This document shows positions 1-20,681 of a DNA stretch of 64,000 nt, in pieces (position 1 is the stretch's first letter; every line of letters starts with the position of its first letter). The stretch is from Phaeosaccion multiseriatum (lineage: Eukaryota; Protista; Ochrophyta, other classes). Under the pieces are notes generated by a model that saw nothing but the letters and a program-made list of their open reading frames with translations, ran no database searches and was not told where the DNA came from. Location: positions 5,580,001-5,644,000 of the forward strand of contig OZ218951.1 of NCBI GenBank assembly GCA_965112735.1, read 5' to 3'. The position numbers were made by a program, and so were the translations under genes.

Positions 1-3000
1 CGGTATGTACCTCCAGCGCGTCGCCAATGCTTGGAAGGTGTGGTCCAGCGCACGCGACGCGCATCGCCAGCAGGAGGCACACGAAGAGGAGGTGGGTAAG
101 GTGTTTGAGTTTCAGTTTGACGTGTTGAGGTGCGTTTGTGTGTGCGGTTTGGAAAGAAGGCTAGAAAGGAAGACTGTTCGGGTTTTAGTTTGTTTGCCCG
201 CTTCTGCACGTCTCCAATAACGACATCATAACGAACGATACCCCTATCAGATGGAGGCGATGCACTACATGCATACATATGTACATACATAACAACCTGG
301 ATATCATCGGAATGTCTCATATCTTCCGTAGCCCAGCAACAAACACTGTCGGTACTTCAACAACGTGCACACCTCCCCTCTCGTTCTGTCTTTGGTCAGG
401 TGCGGTGTGTGGTGATGCTCCAGAGGGCATTCCGAGGGCATGCGGCGCGCAACTATCGCCAGCAGCTGGCCAGTGTGGTGAAACACAAGCGTCGCCAGGA
501 TGCAGCCACGCTTATCACCAAGGTGGTACGGGGCCGTGTGACGCGGTCGAGGCTCCATCTGCTGAGGAGGAGCATGGCGGAGGAGGAGGCAGGGGAGACG
601 TTGTCGAGGGTGGCGAGGGGGTGGAAGGGGAGGAGGAGGGCGAGGGAGGCGAGGGAGAACAGGGCAAGGCTCTTCGTGGCCACGAGTATGCAGACAGTCT
701 TTCGGGTCCGCAAGGCCATGGCCCTTGTCAGGTGAGGGCTGGGTGAGGGGGGGAAGGGAGTGAGGAGGAGGGAGGGAGGGAAGAAGGGAAGGAAGGAGGG
801 AGGGAGGGAGGGAGAGGGGGAGAGGAGGGGGGGGGAGAGGGTGGGAGGGAGGGAGTAAGGAAGTGAGTGAGGGATTGAGTGAGGGAATAAGGGAGGGATG
901 GAGTGAGAAAGTGAGTAAGTGAACCCAACCCAACACACCCCAACCCATTCCAATCCCCGCTGTCCGTAGAATCGCCCGTCAAGCCAAGAGAGAGTCAGTG
1001 GCGGCCACCACGATTCAGTGCATGGCGCGCTCCCGCAGTGCCAGAGACAAGGTCAGGGCCATTCTCCGCCGTCGGAGGGAGGACCGTAGCGCAGTTCGGT
1101 TACAGACTTTATCGCGGGTGTGGCTGGCCAAGCGACGGATACATCGAGTCAGGGAGGAGGCGGCGACGTCGTTGGGGGTCAGGACCGAGGCGGCGACGAA
1201 CATTCAGAGAGTGTTCCGCGGGCACCACTCGAGGGTGATCAACTCCATGAGTCTGAGGGTGGGGAGGGCGGTCAAGCAGCGGCAAGACGCCGCGGTCGTG
1301 GTGATGCAGCAGCTGGTGCGGCGACATCAGGCCAAGAAGAAGGTTGCCAAGTTGGGAAGACAGCGATGTCTACAGCGTATGGCCAATGCGCGTTTGTGGA
1401 AGGAAACGTGGAGCGAGGACGCAAATGCCTGGTTCTACCACAACGCTTCCACCGGAGAGGCGCTTTGGAGGCCACCTAAGACGGGCTACACCAAGGGGGA
1501 CGGTACCGAGAAACTCGTGTTGGAGACAGGGGAGGTGGTGGATGATCCGGAGGTGAACATGACGGACGAGGACAGGCTTGAACAGGTAAGGTGTAGGTGA
1601 AGGGGGAGGGGGGAAGGGGAAGGGTAGGGCAAGGGTTTACTTGTGGAAGCGTCGCTCTCTCTCTCTTTCTCTCTTTCGTTCACTCTCTCTCTCCTCCTGC
1701 TTTGATTTCCTCCACCCAGGCTAGTACAGACTGGGCGCTTCTGCTCTTCTCTCTCTGGCTAACTCTCCCTCTCCCCGCTCGCTCCTTTGACTCCCTCTCT
1801 CTCATACGACCCCTCCCCTCACCCCCCCCCTCTCCTCCCGTCCCCCAGGTCAACAAGCTCAAATGCGTCGAATGCGAAGACCGCCGCGCCTCCCGCCTGT
1901 GCGAGCAGTGCGGCGACAAGCTCTGCACAAGCTGCTTCAACGCCACCCACGCCACCGGCCGGAGGGCTCAGCACACTTGGTCCCGCATCGGCCCCATGGA
2001 GTGCGCCGAATGCGAAACCGAAGTTGCCCTTCGCTGGTGCACCGCCTGTGACGATCCTCTGTGTAGTGCCTGTTGGACACTCATCCACTCACACGGCAAG
2101 AGAGCCCACCACACGTACTGTGCGGTGAGTCCCGAGGGCAAGGTCGGGGCGAGGGCAATCAAACCCGACGGGAGCGACGCGGGGCCGGCTGGCGTTACGC
2201 CGGGCATGCAAGTCGAGACGGAGACGGTGGTTTCCGCGTCGGAATCCGCGGTGGCTGCTGGGGATCCGGCGGCGGGCGCTGGTGCCTCGTCCAGTCAGGT
2301 GAGAGGCCGTGTAAGTACCAACGCAAGGAGAGTGAGGAGAGCATCCTTGAAGTGTGGCAAAGCTTGCTGGACTGGCTGGTCGGTTGCTTGCTTGCTTGCT
2401 GGCTGGCTGGCTTGCTTGCTTGCCTTAGGTCCCCTCCTCCGCTCCCTCCTCCCTCGTGTTCGACCCTCTCTCCTGTCCTGATGCCGCCCTTTGCTCCGTT
2501 CCGTTTCCCCACCCCCCTCCCTCCCTTCCCCCCACCTCCCTCCCTCCCTCCCTCCCTCCCTCCCTCCGCTTCCCTTCCCATCCCCCCCCCCGCCCCCATG
2601 CCACCCTGTGTGCCTTCCCTGCCATCCACTGCGTCCACTGCCATCCACTGCCATCTCACAGAGCGACTCATACGTCATGCCCTCCTCGAGCGAGTACGAC
2701 GGAGCTGAGGGCTACGGACACGACACGCAGCAGCAAGGGGGGCATGCAGGTGCGGTACACTTGTACACACACATGCACCTGCGCACCTACCCACCCTGCT
2801 CCATCCCATCCTGTCCTCAGCTAACACACACACTCTCTCTCCCGCCGCTCCCTTGTGGGTATGCTTCCACCGCTTGCCCTCCCATACTCCTCCTTTATCC
2901 TTCCTTCCACAGCTGATGCCTACGCGTCGGATGCCTACGCGTCACCAGACCCGACCGACGCCCTGGTGGTGCAGGCAAGCTCCTCCTCCTCCGTGTGGTC

Positions 3001-3349
3001 GACTCACTACGACGACGCTGGAAACCCTTACTACTACAACGAGGCCACCGGAGAGAGCACCTACGACCCTCCCCCAGCTGACGAATACGCTGACTTTGCT
3101 GCCAGAGGCGTTGGTGCTACGGGGAGCGGCAGCGGCGACGCGTCGTACGACTACACTTACGACCAGCAACAGGCGTATGGGCAGCAGCAGTACCAGGGCG
3201 GGGGCGACTCCTCCGTGCTCTCAGCTGGCGACGCTGGTACGGTGACCACGGGTGGCAGCGACTGGCAGCAGTACGCGGACGACAACGGCTACCCCTATTG
3301 GTACAACGCCGCTACCGGGGAGAGCACGTACGACCAACCCGTGGAGTAG
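1..3349 (+). CDS. IQ-motif / WW-domain / tandem B-box zinc-finger protein (5' end lies outside the window)
   Basis: Frame-consistent GT-AG exons: <1-91, 400-731, 970-1585, 1849-2298, 2662-2749, 2913-3349 (TAG). Many IQ-like motifs (LQRAFRGHAAR, IQRVFRGHHSR). WW domains (WKETWSEDANAWFYHNASTGEALWRPP; WSTHYDDAGNPYYYNEATGESTYDPP; WQQYADDNGYPYWYNAATGESTYDQP). Two B-boxes (CVECED..CEQC..LCTSCFNATH..H; CAECE..CTAC..LCSACWTLIH..H). Confidence 0.85.
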
Positions 3350-4395
3350 ATTGTGATAAGTAATGATACGTAGTGAGGCAGTGAAGTAGGGAGGCAGGGA
3401 ATGAGCGGATAGATGGATGGGTGGATGGGTGGGTGCGTGGGTGGGTGGGTGGATGGATGGGTGCATGAGTGAGAGAGAGGAGAAGGGGCGAAGGTGGCGT
3501 TGGGGCATCTTCGTTGGGGTAAGGTGATAGAGCTGGAGGGAAACAAGGCTTCTGCTTCTCGAGGGTTGAAACGGGAAGGTCAGTCAGTCGAGCTTCACCA
3601 TGCGCGGAGACTAAACAGGGCAAGCGAGAGTGCGAGGCCGCTGTTGCTCGCACTGTGATGCTCTCGTTGAAGCGAAAGCAGAGATCGAATATTGACGGTA
3701 AAGGAACAAGCTTGTTGGCTATCAGCTATGTTATGCCTGCCTGCTTGCGTCCCTCCGCCTGCCTTGCCGCTCCGCCGGCCCTCCTCGGCTCTTTCCCACT
3801 CTGCCCTGCTCCTGACAAGACCTGCAGAGAGCCCCTCAACAGTCCTCCTCTGCCCCAGGTCGCGCCCTTCTCCCGCTTTAGCGACTCTTTTGATAGGTCT
3901 TCCCCTCTACTGAGTTGATAGTCTGCTTGTTCGTCGGAGCGGTTCGCTGGCAGAGCAGCAAATGGGCTGCACCAGCGACGGCGACATGACTTGAGTTCGC
4001 TTTCCTGAGGGAATCATGCTCTCGCAACGTGCACAAACATTCGCTACTCCCCCTCGGCCCATGCTCTGCTACTCACTGCACGCTGAGCCACATAGTGCCT
4101 TCTTTTCAAGCGGTGCCGCTTTGCTCTCTTTCCCCTCTCTTCGCTCTGGCCCACGCACACCCTTGCTTCGTCCTGACATGCGCGTTGATCTCCATACTAC
4201 CTGTCATCAGCCCTACCTCGTCCATGTGTTGTCCGATCCTACTTCGTATGTGCGAATGGGCCCTTCCTGTGACCGGCCTAATTGTGGAATAGCTATTATC
4301 GCTGTAGCATCGTCGCGTTGCTCTCTCGTCAGCGCTGGGCGGAGCCCCTCCTCTGCTGTATCAGTGCCGCGACTCCCTCCTTAGCTCGTTGTCCC

Positions 4396-4806
4396 TCAAA
4401 GCACTTCATCGATATTACTCTTGGCGACCTGGGAGGATCTCCAGGTAGACCAATGTTGCCTCGCGTTCTTCACCTTTGGCTTTTTCATATCGGATTTGCT
4501 GAAGCCAAAGTACCTTTCATAGAGTGGTTTCAGGTCGTGCGATGAGCAAATATGACCGTCCTTTTTCATCCTCTTCTCGATTAAGCTGTCTAGTGCATCC
4601 TTCAAACTCTTGCCCCGGATGGTAAGAGTGTTAAAAAGACCTATCTCGTCGGTGGTGAAGTAAGTTGTTGACATGAAGCTTGAATCGGTGTAATTCTCTA
4701 ATAGGGCTTGTTCATTGAAGGTCTGGAGGTCGTCCAGAAACACGGTCACCCTACTGTGCAAACAGTCGTTCAGCAAGTCGGACACGGATACTTTCGCCTC
4801 TGCCAT
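4396..4806 (-). pseudogene. Unidentified intronless ORF or degenerate coding fragment
   Basis: 136-aa ORF with globular-looking composition in locally AT-richer sequence. An in-frame stop lies just upstream. It sits next to a retrotransposon remnant. No family recognised. Confidence 0.25.
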
Positions 4807-5099
4807 CCGCTTGTTTGTAACAAGTGAAGAAACTTTCGAAGGCGTCCTCAGGGTGTCACAAACAGGACCGGAGAAGGGAAAAAGTTTCGCGGGAACACGG
4901 ATACACCCTTAAGTGCCATCTATGGTTGTCTAAAAGTAACGTCTCACCAGAAAAACTACTAGCCCCCAGCGGCGTTAATAGATCCGAGGTCGTATCCCTC
5001 CGACTCGTCAGTCCTCCCCATCGGAACAAAGGATACCAGCCAGGATTCTGTGTCGAATCGATCGGTCGTGTCGAGCCCGCTGGAGCGCCACGGCCAATC

Positions 5100-5483
5100 G
5101 CCGCCGAATGACGGCCGCAAACAGCTCTCGCATAAGCCATCATGTCCAGATGTTCGTGCCCCCCAGCCGTGTGGGTGGCGAGTGTTTTCATGAACGTCTG
5201 GGCAGAAGGACCAAATGCGCCTTGCTGTTCCATCCCAAAAGGGCGCCTTGCTGTTCCATCCCAAAAGGGACGAGATGGTACCTCGTGGGGCCATAGTGGA
5301 TGTCTCCACCCTGGCCCTCCATGCCTACCTGTGGCACACCATACTTGGTACGCTTGGTGGCTTCAGCCTTCTTGTGGCTGCCGCAAGTGCCTCCTTCGAG
5401 GCCTTGGCCCTATTGGTAATGTTGGTGGCATCAGTGAGCGTGATGTCGAAAAGGGAAATGGGGTCAGATGGCAGCTCGAACAT
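5100..5483 (-). mobile_element. Degenerate non-LTR retrotransposon remnant: restriction-like endonuclease (RLE) C-terminus, CRE/R2-type
   Basis: Across frameshifts the minus strand reads FDITLTD...ALAA/KKAEATKRTKYG...YHLVPFGMEQQGAFGPSAQTFMKTLA. This follows the RLE pattern D(V/I)T...K..KY...PF.xE..G..GP.A..F..L. It contains an internal tandem duplication of about 26 bp (about 5217-5269). Confidence 0.7.
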
Positions 5484-5653
5484 TCGGCCCCTGACATGCT
5501 TCTGAGACAGGCCAGCCCAGAAGCAGGAAGCAGCCTTGGCCCTCATCATTGCCGTATTACATGGCTTTCCCCCAGAACCTGGAACCTACCTGGCCGGCTG
5601 GCGCCGGCCAGAAGCAGGAAGCAGGGTCGCCTCAGAAGCATGCCAGGGGCCGA
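5484..5653. mobile_element. MITE family A (170 bp), 23-bp TIRs, 6-bp TSD GAACAT
   Basis: Left end TCGGCCCCTGACATGCTTCTGAG and right end CTCAGAAGCATGCCAGGGGCCGA (1 mismatch). GAACAT occurs at 5478-5483 and 5654-5659. A homologous end is present at 26066-26118. Confidence 0.85.
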
Positions 5654-5673
5654 GAACATCCTAGGGGGAGTCA

Positions 5674-6088
5674 TCGGCCCCAGGCACGCCTAGCGGTTTT
5701 GCTCTAGGCCGCTAGGCCGCTCTAGGCCGCTCACTTTTCAGTCCTAGGCGGCCTATATAGCCCGCCCCTAGGCAGCCTCCCAGTGACCGTGGGCGCGTGC
5801 GTGGTGCCGCCCAGCCAGTGGGTAGCAGCACACCTGTAGGTCTGCACTCCTCGTAGGGCCAGCGAGGCGGAAGAGACAACACGAACCAAGTCTACTCCTC
5901 ACCTCCAATCCCATGCAATGAAACTGACTACTCTTTGCACTCTGGGCACTCCCACCGTCTGCCTAGTTGGCTGGCGTCTGCCCTGCCTAACTAGGCGCAG
6001 CATATAAATAGGCCGAGGGTCTACGGCCCTCGCTAGGCCGGGCAATTTTCCCAAATAGGCCTAGGCCGCTAGGCGTGCATGAGGCCGA
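5674..6088. mobile_element. MITE family C (415 bp), 23-bp TIRs, 6-bp TSD GAGTCA
   Basis: Left end TCGGCCCCAGGCACGCCTAGCGG and right end CCGCTAGGCGTGCATGAGGCCGA (2 mismatches). GAGTCA occurs at 5668-5673 and 6089-6094. Subterminal CTAGGCCG repeats at both ends. Confidence 0.85.
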
Positions 6089-6331
6089 GAGTCACGCTTT
6101 CCTTCTCCGGTGTTGACAAAACTGTGGATGGATAAAGGATCAGGGGTTGAAGCCATTCACATCTGCTTCCTGTCATAATAGAGAAAACTTCATATTACAC
6201 GAGTCCACTTCAACAAATACTTACTGCAGCCCTTCGGGGCGCATCCCCCTCTGCAACGGCCCTCGTTGCTGCTGACTGCGCCCCTCCTTCTGCCAGCAGG
6301 CGTGATCGCGCACCCGCATCACGCCCAGCCA

Positions 6332-7402
6332 TCACACTGAGAGAGTCAACAAAGTAGAGGGCTTGTTCGCGACCGCAAGGCGATGAGCCACTTCACGCCA
6401 GCCGTGCTCCCGAGCCAGCTGCAGGGCCTTGGCAACGGACGCCCCTGCCCTAAGCAGCTCCTGCATGGCCCCCTCTTGATCGTTGTATGCTGCCAAGAGT
6501 AGCGGGGTCACCGGTGGACTGCCCATTTCCCTGTTCACCTTCGCCCCCGCAGGAATGAGAACACGGATCACCAGGTCTTGGCCCTGCTGAGCCGCAATAT
6601 GAAGAGGAGAAGCTCCATCGGAAGTCAACATGTCGGCTTCGGCCCCTTTCGAGAGCAATCCCTCCACCAGAAGAGAGTGCCCTTGTTGAGAAGCCAGATG
6701 AAGGGGCGAAGCGCCTCTGCTGCCTCCGCGGACATTTACGCATGCGCCAGCCCGAAGCAAAGCTTCCGCTACCGAGCCATGCCCCTTCAAGGCGGCCGCG
6801 TGCAGTGCAGTCCACCCTCTTCCGTCGCGGCGCTCGATATCAGCTCCGGATGAGAGAAACTGTCGAGCGATTGTAAGTGCCCCTTGCTTCTTACACGCAT
6901 TGTGCAGAGACGTCTGTCCTTTCTCAGCGCTTGCTGCATTCACTACCGCTCCTGCAGTGAGAAGTTGCTGCACGACTTCCTCCAACCCGTAAAGGCTGGC
7001 GATGGCAAGGGGAGTGACACCATTGAACTCCTCAGGGGTGCTCGGACAAGCACCTTCCTGGAGCAGTATACCAACGACGTCACCTCGGTTGTAGCTCGCT
7101 GCGACGCACATTGGAGTGAGTCCGTCTTCACGGATGCTCTTCTCGAGGCACGCCCTCTTCCCTCCTTGCTGGGTGACGAACGCCCTAACAGCGGCTCTGA
7201 CCTTGCTGAGATTCCGCTCGTTCTCGATCGCGTAGCTGAGGTGCTGCGCCTGTTGGGAGCGAGCAGCAGGGAGAGACGAAGATGTCGTCAGGGCAAGACA
7301 ACAAACAAGTAAAGGCACGCAACAGAATCATTCTGTTGTTGCGGAGGCAGGGACATTGGCTGATGTTCCCCGTACCTCTCGGCTCACGGCTGCGCTCTCC
7401 AT
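6332..7402 (-). CDS. Ankyrin-repeat protein (paralog 1)
   Basis: Predicted exon 1 at 7402-7376 (MESAAVSRE|gtacgg) and exon 2 at 7249-6332. About 7 ankyrin repeats (GLTPMCVAA, GVTPLAIAS, GQTSLHNAC, GWTALHAAA, GASPLHLAS, GASPLHIAA, VTPLLLAA). Confidence 0.85.
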
Positions 7403-7615
7403 GACTGGCTCCTCCGCTCGCTCCTGTCCGTTGTCCAGTAATGAGTAATGAGACTCTCTCTGAGCTACAGGAAGGGTCGCACAGAAAAAGAAAGGGGAAG
7501 GGAGGAAATGATAGAACCGAAAAGAGGAGGAACCACACAAATGTCTCCCGGGGGGGAGCTCGGTACCTCATAAGGCAACAAGGCGCAAAGGGTGCTTTTG
7601 TGAATAAGTCACAAG

Positions 7616-7882
7616 TTGATAGACAAAGGCCTGGGTTATAGCAACCCGCAGAGCGCTCATGGCAGCCCGGCGTTTGCGGTGGGCAAACCCGGCAAGCCAG
7701 GCAAGTACCGTATCGTCTGCGACTTTCGAGAAGTCAATGAAAAGGTACAGAAGGTCGATTTTGGGATGATGAACATTGATGACGCTGTGGCTTCCATGTT
7801 GGGTTGCCTATGGTTCATCGAGATAGATGGGGTTGACATGTATTGGCAATTCCCACTAGGCAAGCTTTGCATCAGCGAGTAG
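7616..7882 (+). mobile_element. Ty3/gypsy LTR retrotransposon reverse-transcriptase fragment
   Basis: NPQSAHGSPAFAVGKPGKPGKYRIVCDFREVNE...NIDD...FIEIDGVDMYWQFPL matches the gypsy RT N-terminal blocks (SP...V.K...R..VDYR.LN...D....F..LD....Y.Q.P). It is truncated before YxDD. Confidence 0.8.
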
Positions 7883-8597
7883 TAGAGATACCTTTATCAA
7901 TACGGACACTGACGCCCCACCATAGGCGCAGCATATACTTGGTCCAAACCCCTTAACGTCTCTACCGGGGGGGGGAAGGCCCAAGATGCGCCAACTGTGA
8001 GGAATGAGTGCTATTGCCTATAAGGAAAAAGCGAGCAAACAGGCCACCCGCTCTGCTTCACAACGAAAGGGCTCAGAGAAGGAGCGACAATTTTATAGTA
8101 TTCATCCCACAACACTCATCGGTGCTTGAGGACTTGCCCTCTCTTCAAGGTGTACTTGCTTCGGCTTCTCCGTTGTGCAAGCTTGCGCAAACGGCTCCAG
8201 CGCTTCGTGGAGAGTTCTCAATGACCCCCCCTGCTGCTGGCTGCGCCTCCTCCTCATCCTCCTCCCAGCAGACGCCATCGCACGCCTGCGTCACACCCAC
8301 GACCCGCAGAGAATCAGACATAGGCGGCCAAAGGTAGCGGAATCCAGCCTTCAAAGGTAGCGGAATCCAGCCTTTCTCATCGCGGCTTTCGACATCCGCA
8401 CCAGCAGTGAGAAGCTGTCGGACGATGGCGATGTAGCCCCGACCACAAGCACTGCGTCCTTCCCTGCGCTCGACTTGCTGTCTTGAGTGCAGCTCCTGTC
8501 ATGAGTAGCTGCTGAACGATATCCCAACAACGTCGCTTCGGTTGTTACATGCCGCCAGGTACGTTTCACTTGTCCTCACGCATCACGTCCACCACCC

Positions 8598-9835
8598 TCA
8601 GAGAGGGATGGTGGCTGTTTTCGCGGCGACAAGGCCGTCGACAGCTGCGCGCATGCCCAGCTCTCGAGCCAAAGCCGAGCCCTCGGCAAAGGACGCCCCT
8701 GCCCTAAGCAGTTCCTGCGTGGCCCCCTCATGATTGTGCTCCGCTGCCGCGAGCAGCGGGGTCCTTAATGGACTGCCTCCCTTCCTGTCCACCTCCGCCC
8801 CCGCAGCGAGGAGGGCACGGATCACCATTACATGGCCCTTCTGGGCTGCTATATGAAGAGGAGCAAGCCCATCAGACAGCAAAATGTCCACCTCGGCGCC
8901 TGCCGACAGCAGTTCCTCCACCACACGATGGTGCCCTTCTTGAGAGGCGAAATAGAGGGGCGAGCCGCCTGCGCTGTTGAAGAGCACGTCGGCGTGTGTG
9001 CCCGCAGCAAGCAGAGCTCTCACCACCATCGCTCGCCCACGAAAAGCAGCCATGTGCAGCGCAGTCCAGCCCTGTGCGTCGCTACAGTCAGTGTCGGCTC
9101 CGTAGGCAACAAGCATTCGAATGACGGCGATGTGACCCCGATCACACGCGGCCATTAGAGGCGTTCTCAGGGTCCGACGACTTGATGTATTCACTGACGC
9201 CCCTGCAGAGAGAAGTTGCTGGACGATATCCTGCCTCCCTTCAAAGCAGGCAATTGACAGGGGAGTGTAGCCATCAGGCTCTGAAGGGGTGCTGGGCGAC
9301 GCTCCCTCTTGGAGCAGCATACCGACGACGTCACGTCGGTTCAGCCCTGCCGCGAGGTACATGGGGGTGCGTCCGTCGTCATCGATGGCCTTCTCCAGGC
9401 ACGCCCTCCCATGGCCTTGCTGGGCAATGAGTACCCGCACCGCAGCTCGGGCGTTGCTGAGGTTTCGCCCGTTCCTGATGGCTTGATGGAGACGCTGGGC
9501 CTGGATCGAGAGCTGAGCGAGAGCAGAGCGAGAGTATATTTGGAAGAATGATGTCCCGCTGAGAGATGCAGAGGAGAAAAGCAAGAACGCAGAGTCGGCC
9601 AGAGGCTGCAAGAAAGTCGAAGCGCTAATAGAGGGGCCACAGGTCGGGCGAGCCATTTCCATGGGCAGGGACAAGCGAGTGCTGAGCTAGCTGCTGGAGG
9701 GAGGTCGCCCGGAAGGACGGGACATGGCGAAAAGGCCTACTTACTGACCTCGCTGCGTCGGACTTGGCTCTCCAAGTTCAGAGAGTGGGGCCAGCTACCG
9801 AGAGCTGCCGCTCTGGCGAGGAGGAACCTGTCCAT
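8598..9835 (-). CDS. Ankyrin-repeat protein (paralog 2)
   Basis: Main exon 9500-8598 starts AQRLHQAI.N after a CAG acceptor, as in the paralogs, and carries about 7 ankyrin repeats. The short first exon at 9835-9749 is tentative. Confidence 0.8.
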
Positions 9836-10199
9836 CCTGTCCAGTCTTATCCTTGGTTCAAGGGAGGAGGGAAGGAAGAAAGACTTGATCTCTAGGCAGG
9901 TTAGGTACCACACCTCTAGACACCAAAAAGGAGAAGAGAGCAGCACTTGGAGTGGTGCCGGTGCAGATGGGAGGTAGTGTGCAGGACGTTGCCGCTCCCT
10001 GAGGGGCCCGGGGCAGCAACGAGAGGAGAGAGAAACTTGGCGCTAATTTGGGTTGTTGTTGGGTGTAATCACCCCAATCACATTCACCTCTCCCTTCTTT
10101 CTCTCTCCCTCCTCACGTCAGCCAGGCGGTGATCACCGCAGGCACCTATCGCACTGGAGCCTTCCTCACGGTCGAGGCAGAGGCAAGAGATGGACCTCA

Positions 10200-10800
10200 G
10201 CACCATGGAACGGAGGGACAGAGTTGCCTGCCGCTACCAACAACCTCCCCTTGGGCTTAGCCGCTGAGTGTGATGGCTGTGGTGAGCCAATAGCCTACAA
10301 CCCGCAACCAAATGTCCAAAGGGCAGGCTACTGATGAAAGGCCACGACGAGATCGTCAAGGTTCTTGTTCTGAGCCTCACAGCTCAAGCCGGACTTCGAA
10401 GCGTAAGCTAGGAGCCGTCGTCATCTTTCTATTCTCGGAAGGAGGCCTGACTGTTTAGTGCGAGGGGTTTCTCAATGGGGGCGCGAAGAGTTTTGTCATG
10501 CACGTGTCACCGACACGGACTCTTCCAGCTACCTTCAACCTTAGTTTCTTCGAACTGCCGCGAACGCAGTAAGAGTACACAGGGGTACCAATAGAACCCC
10601 TGTGGCCATGTGCGCCTCTTTCACCCACGTGATCTTTGCAACCAACGGAGCCATGGGCGATCGAGCCAACCACTTCATTCGACAACTGGCCCAACGCTTC
10701 CACTGCCGACGAGGCCCTGCGGATCAACCCCTCAACACCATCACTGGCTGGCTTGCTTTCGTGCCCTCATGTCGGTGGCCTAGTGCGGGTCTCCAGCCTA
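10200..10800 (+). mobile_element. Degenerate CRE-type non-LTR retrotransposon remnant (zinc knuckle + RLE)
   Basis: Read across stops and frameshifts: LPLGLAAECDGCGE...KGHDEIVKVL...EPS...GRRPD...ARVTDTDSSSY...ASFTHVIFATNGAMGDRANHFIRQLA. This is the C-x-C..HD / RPD / D.RV.D.D / F...VF.T.G.MG..A..F layout of CRE elements. Confidence 0.75.
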
Positions 10801-11322
10801 TGCCTTCGTGGCCTTTATGGGGGTGGCGCCGATGCCCCCCTTGCCTTTGTTTGACTGTCCAATCCTGCCTCGTCCTACTTGGCTGTTGTCGCGGGTCTGT
10901 GTGAGTGCGCGCGCGGTCGCAATGAATATTTCACCATAACCGTGGCTGGCTCTCGACTGCCTTGGCGCTCGCTCGGAATCGACTTTTCTTCTGGCTGGGG
11001 GTGGGCGCTGATGCCCCCCTTGCCTTTGCTTCACTAGCGTATTTGGGTAGTCGTCGGCGAAGCGGACCAAGAATGTATCTCCAGCCCCACAGGGAAGAGT
11101 GTTGGTAGACTAGAAGTCTCGAGTCCGCCTGCCTCTTTAATGTTTTTTACCTCCCTCATTATCTTATTGGCCTTCGCTAACGAGTAAAGAACCAGCCCCC
11201 GAAAAAGAGGGAGCCGTGCCTTAAGTTAACAAGGAAGAACAAAGCTGGCGATGCTGTACCACTCCACACAGAATGCACGAGAGAGGAGCTTGTGCTCTGC
11301 TCGCCCTCTTATCACTTTATCC

Positions 11323-20182
<8,860 letters not shown>

Positions 20183-20681
20183 TCCTCCAGGCTTCTTTTT
20201 GTGTCGGACGGACACAGGCAGAGAGGGAATGAACTCTTTCGGTGCAGCTCAGTCTGAGCCCCTTTTGGCAGGGACGAAAAACTCATCCACCTCGTGCATC
20301 TTGCTCTCGGCGCCTGCTCATTTCCTTCCACCTGGGCCAGGCTCCCCCTCTATGCTCTTGCTCTCCAGGTGCCGCTTCTGTGCCTTTTGCCCTCTCTCTT
20401 TGTCTCTCTCTCTCTCTCTCGGCTCACTGTCTCTCTTACGCCGCTCTCTCTCTCTCCTAGCTCTCCTCGCCCGTCGATCGATCTCGTAGGCCAGCGACAA
20501 GCGTCACTCACTGTCGAGTCTTCTCACTAGGATAACTTCGTTTGATTGCTGCAACAGCTCTGTTGGGGCAATGGGGTCGGAGCCAAAACGGTTGGGGAGG
20601 AATATCGCAGGAGTATGGGCGGGATGGCACTTAGTGGCCTATTTTCACACCTCCTTCACGCCTTCACAATTCAGAGAGCGT

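Noticed and set aside
5681-6081. hAT-type MITE starting CAGG
   Set aside because: No 8-bp TSD is present. The inverted repeat extends 7 bp further and then shows an exact 6-bp TSD.
8329-8374. 23-bp tandem duplication CAAAGGTAGCGGAATCCAGCCTT
   Set aside because: A simple local slippage duplication with no associated element.
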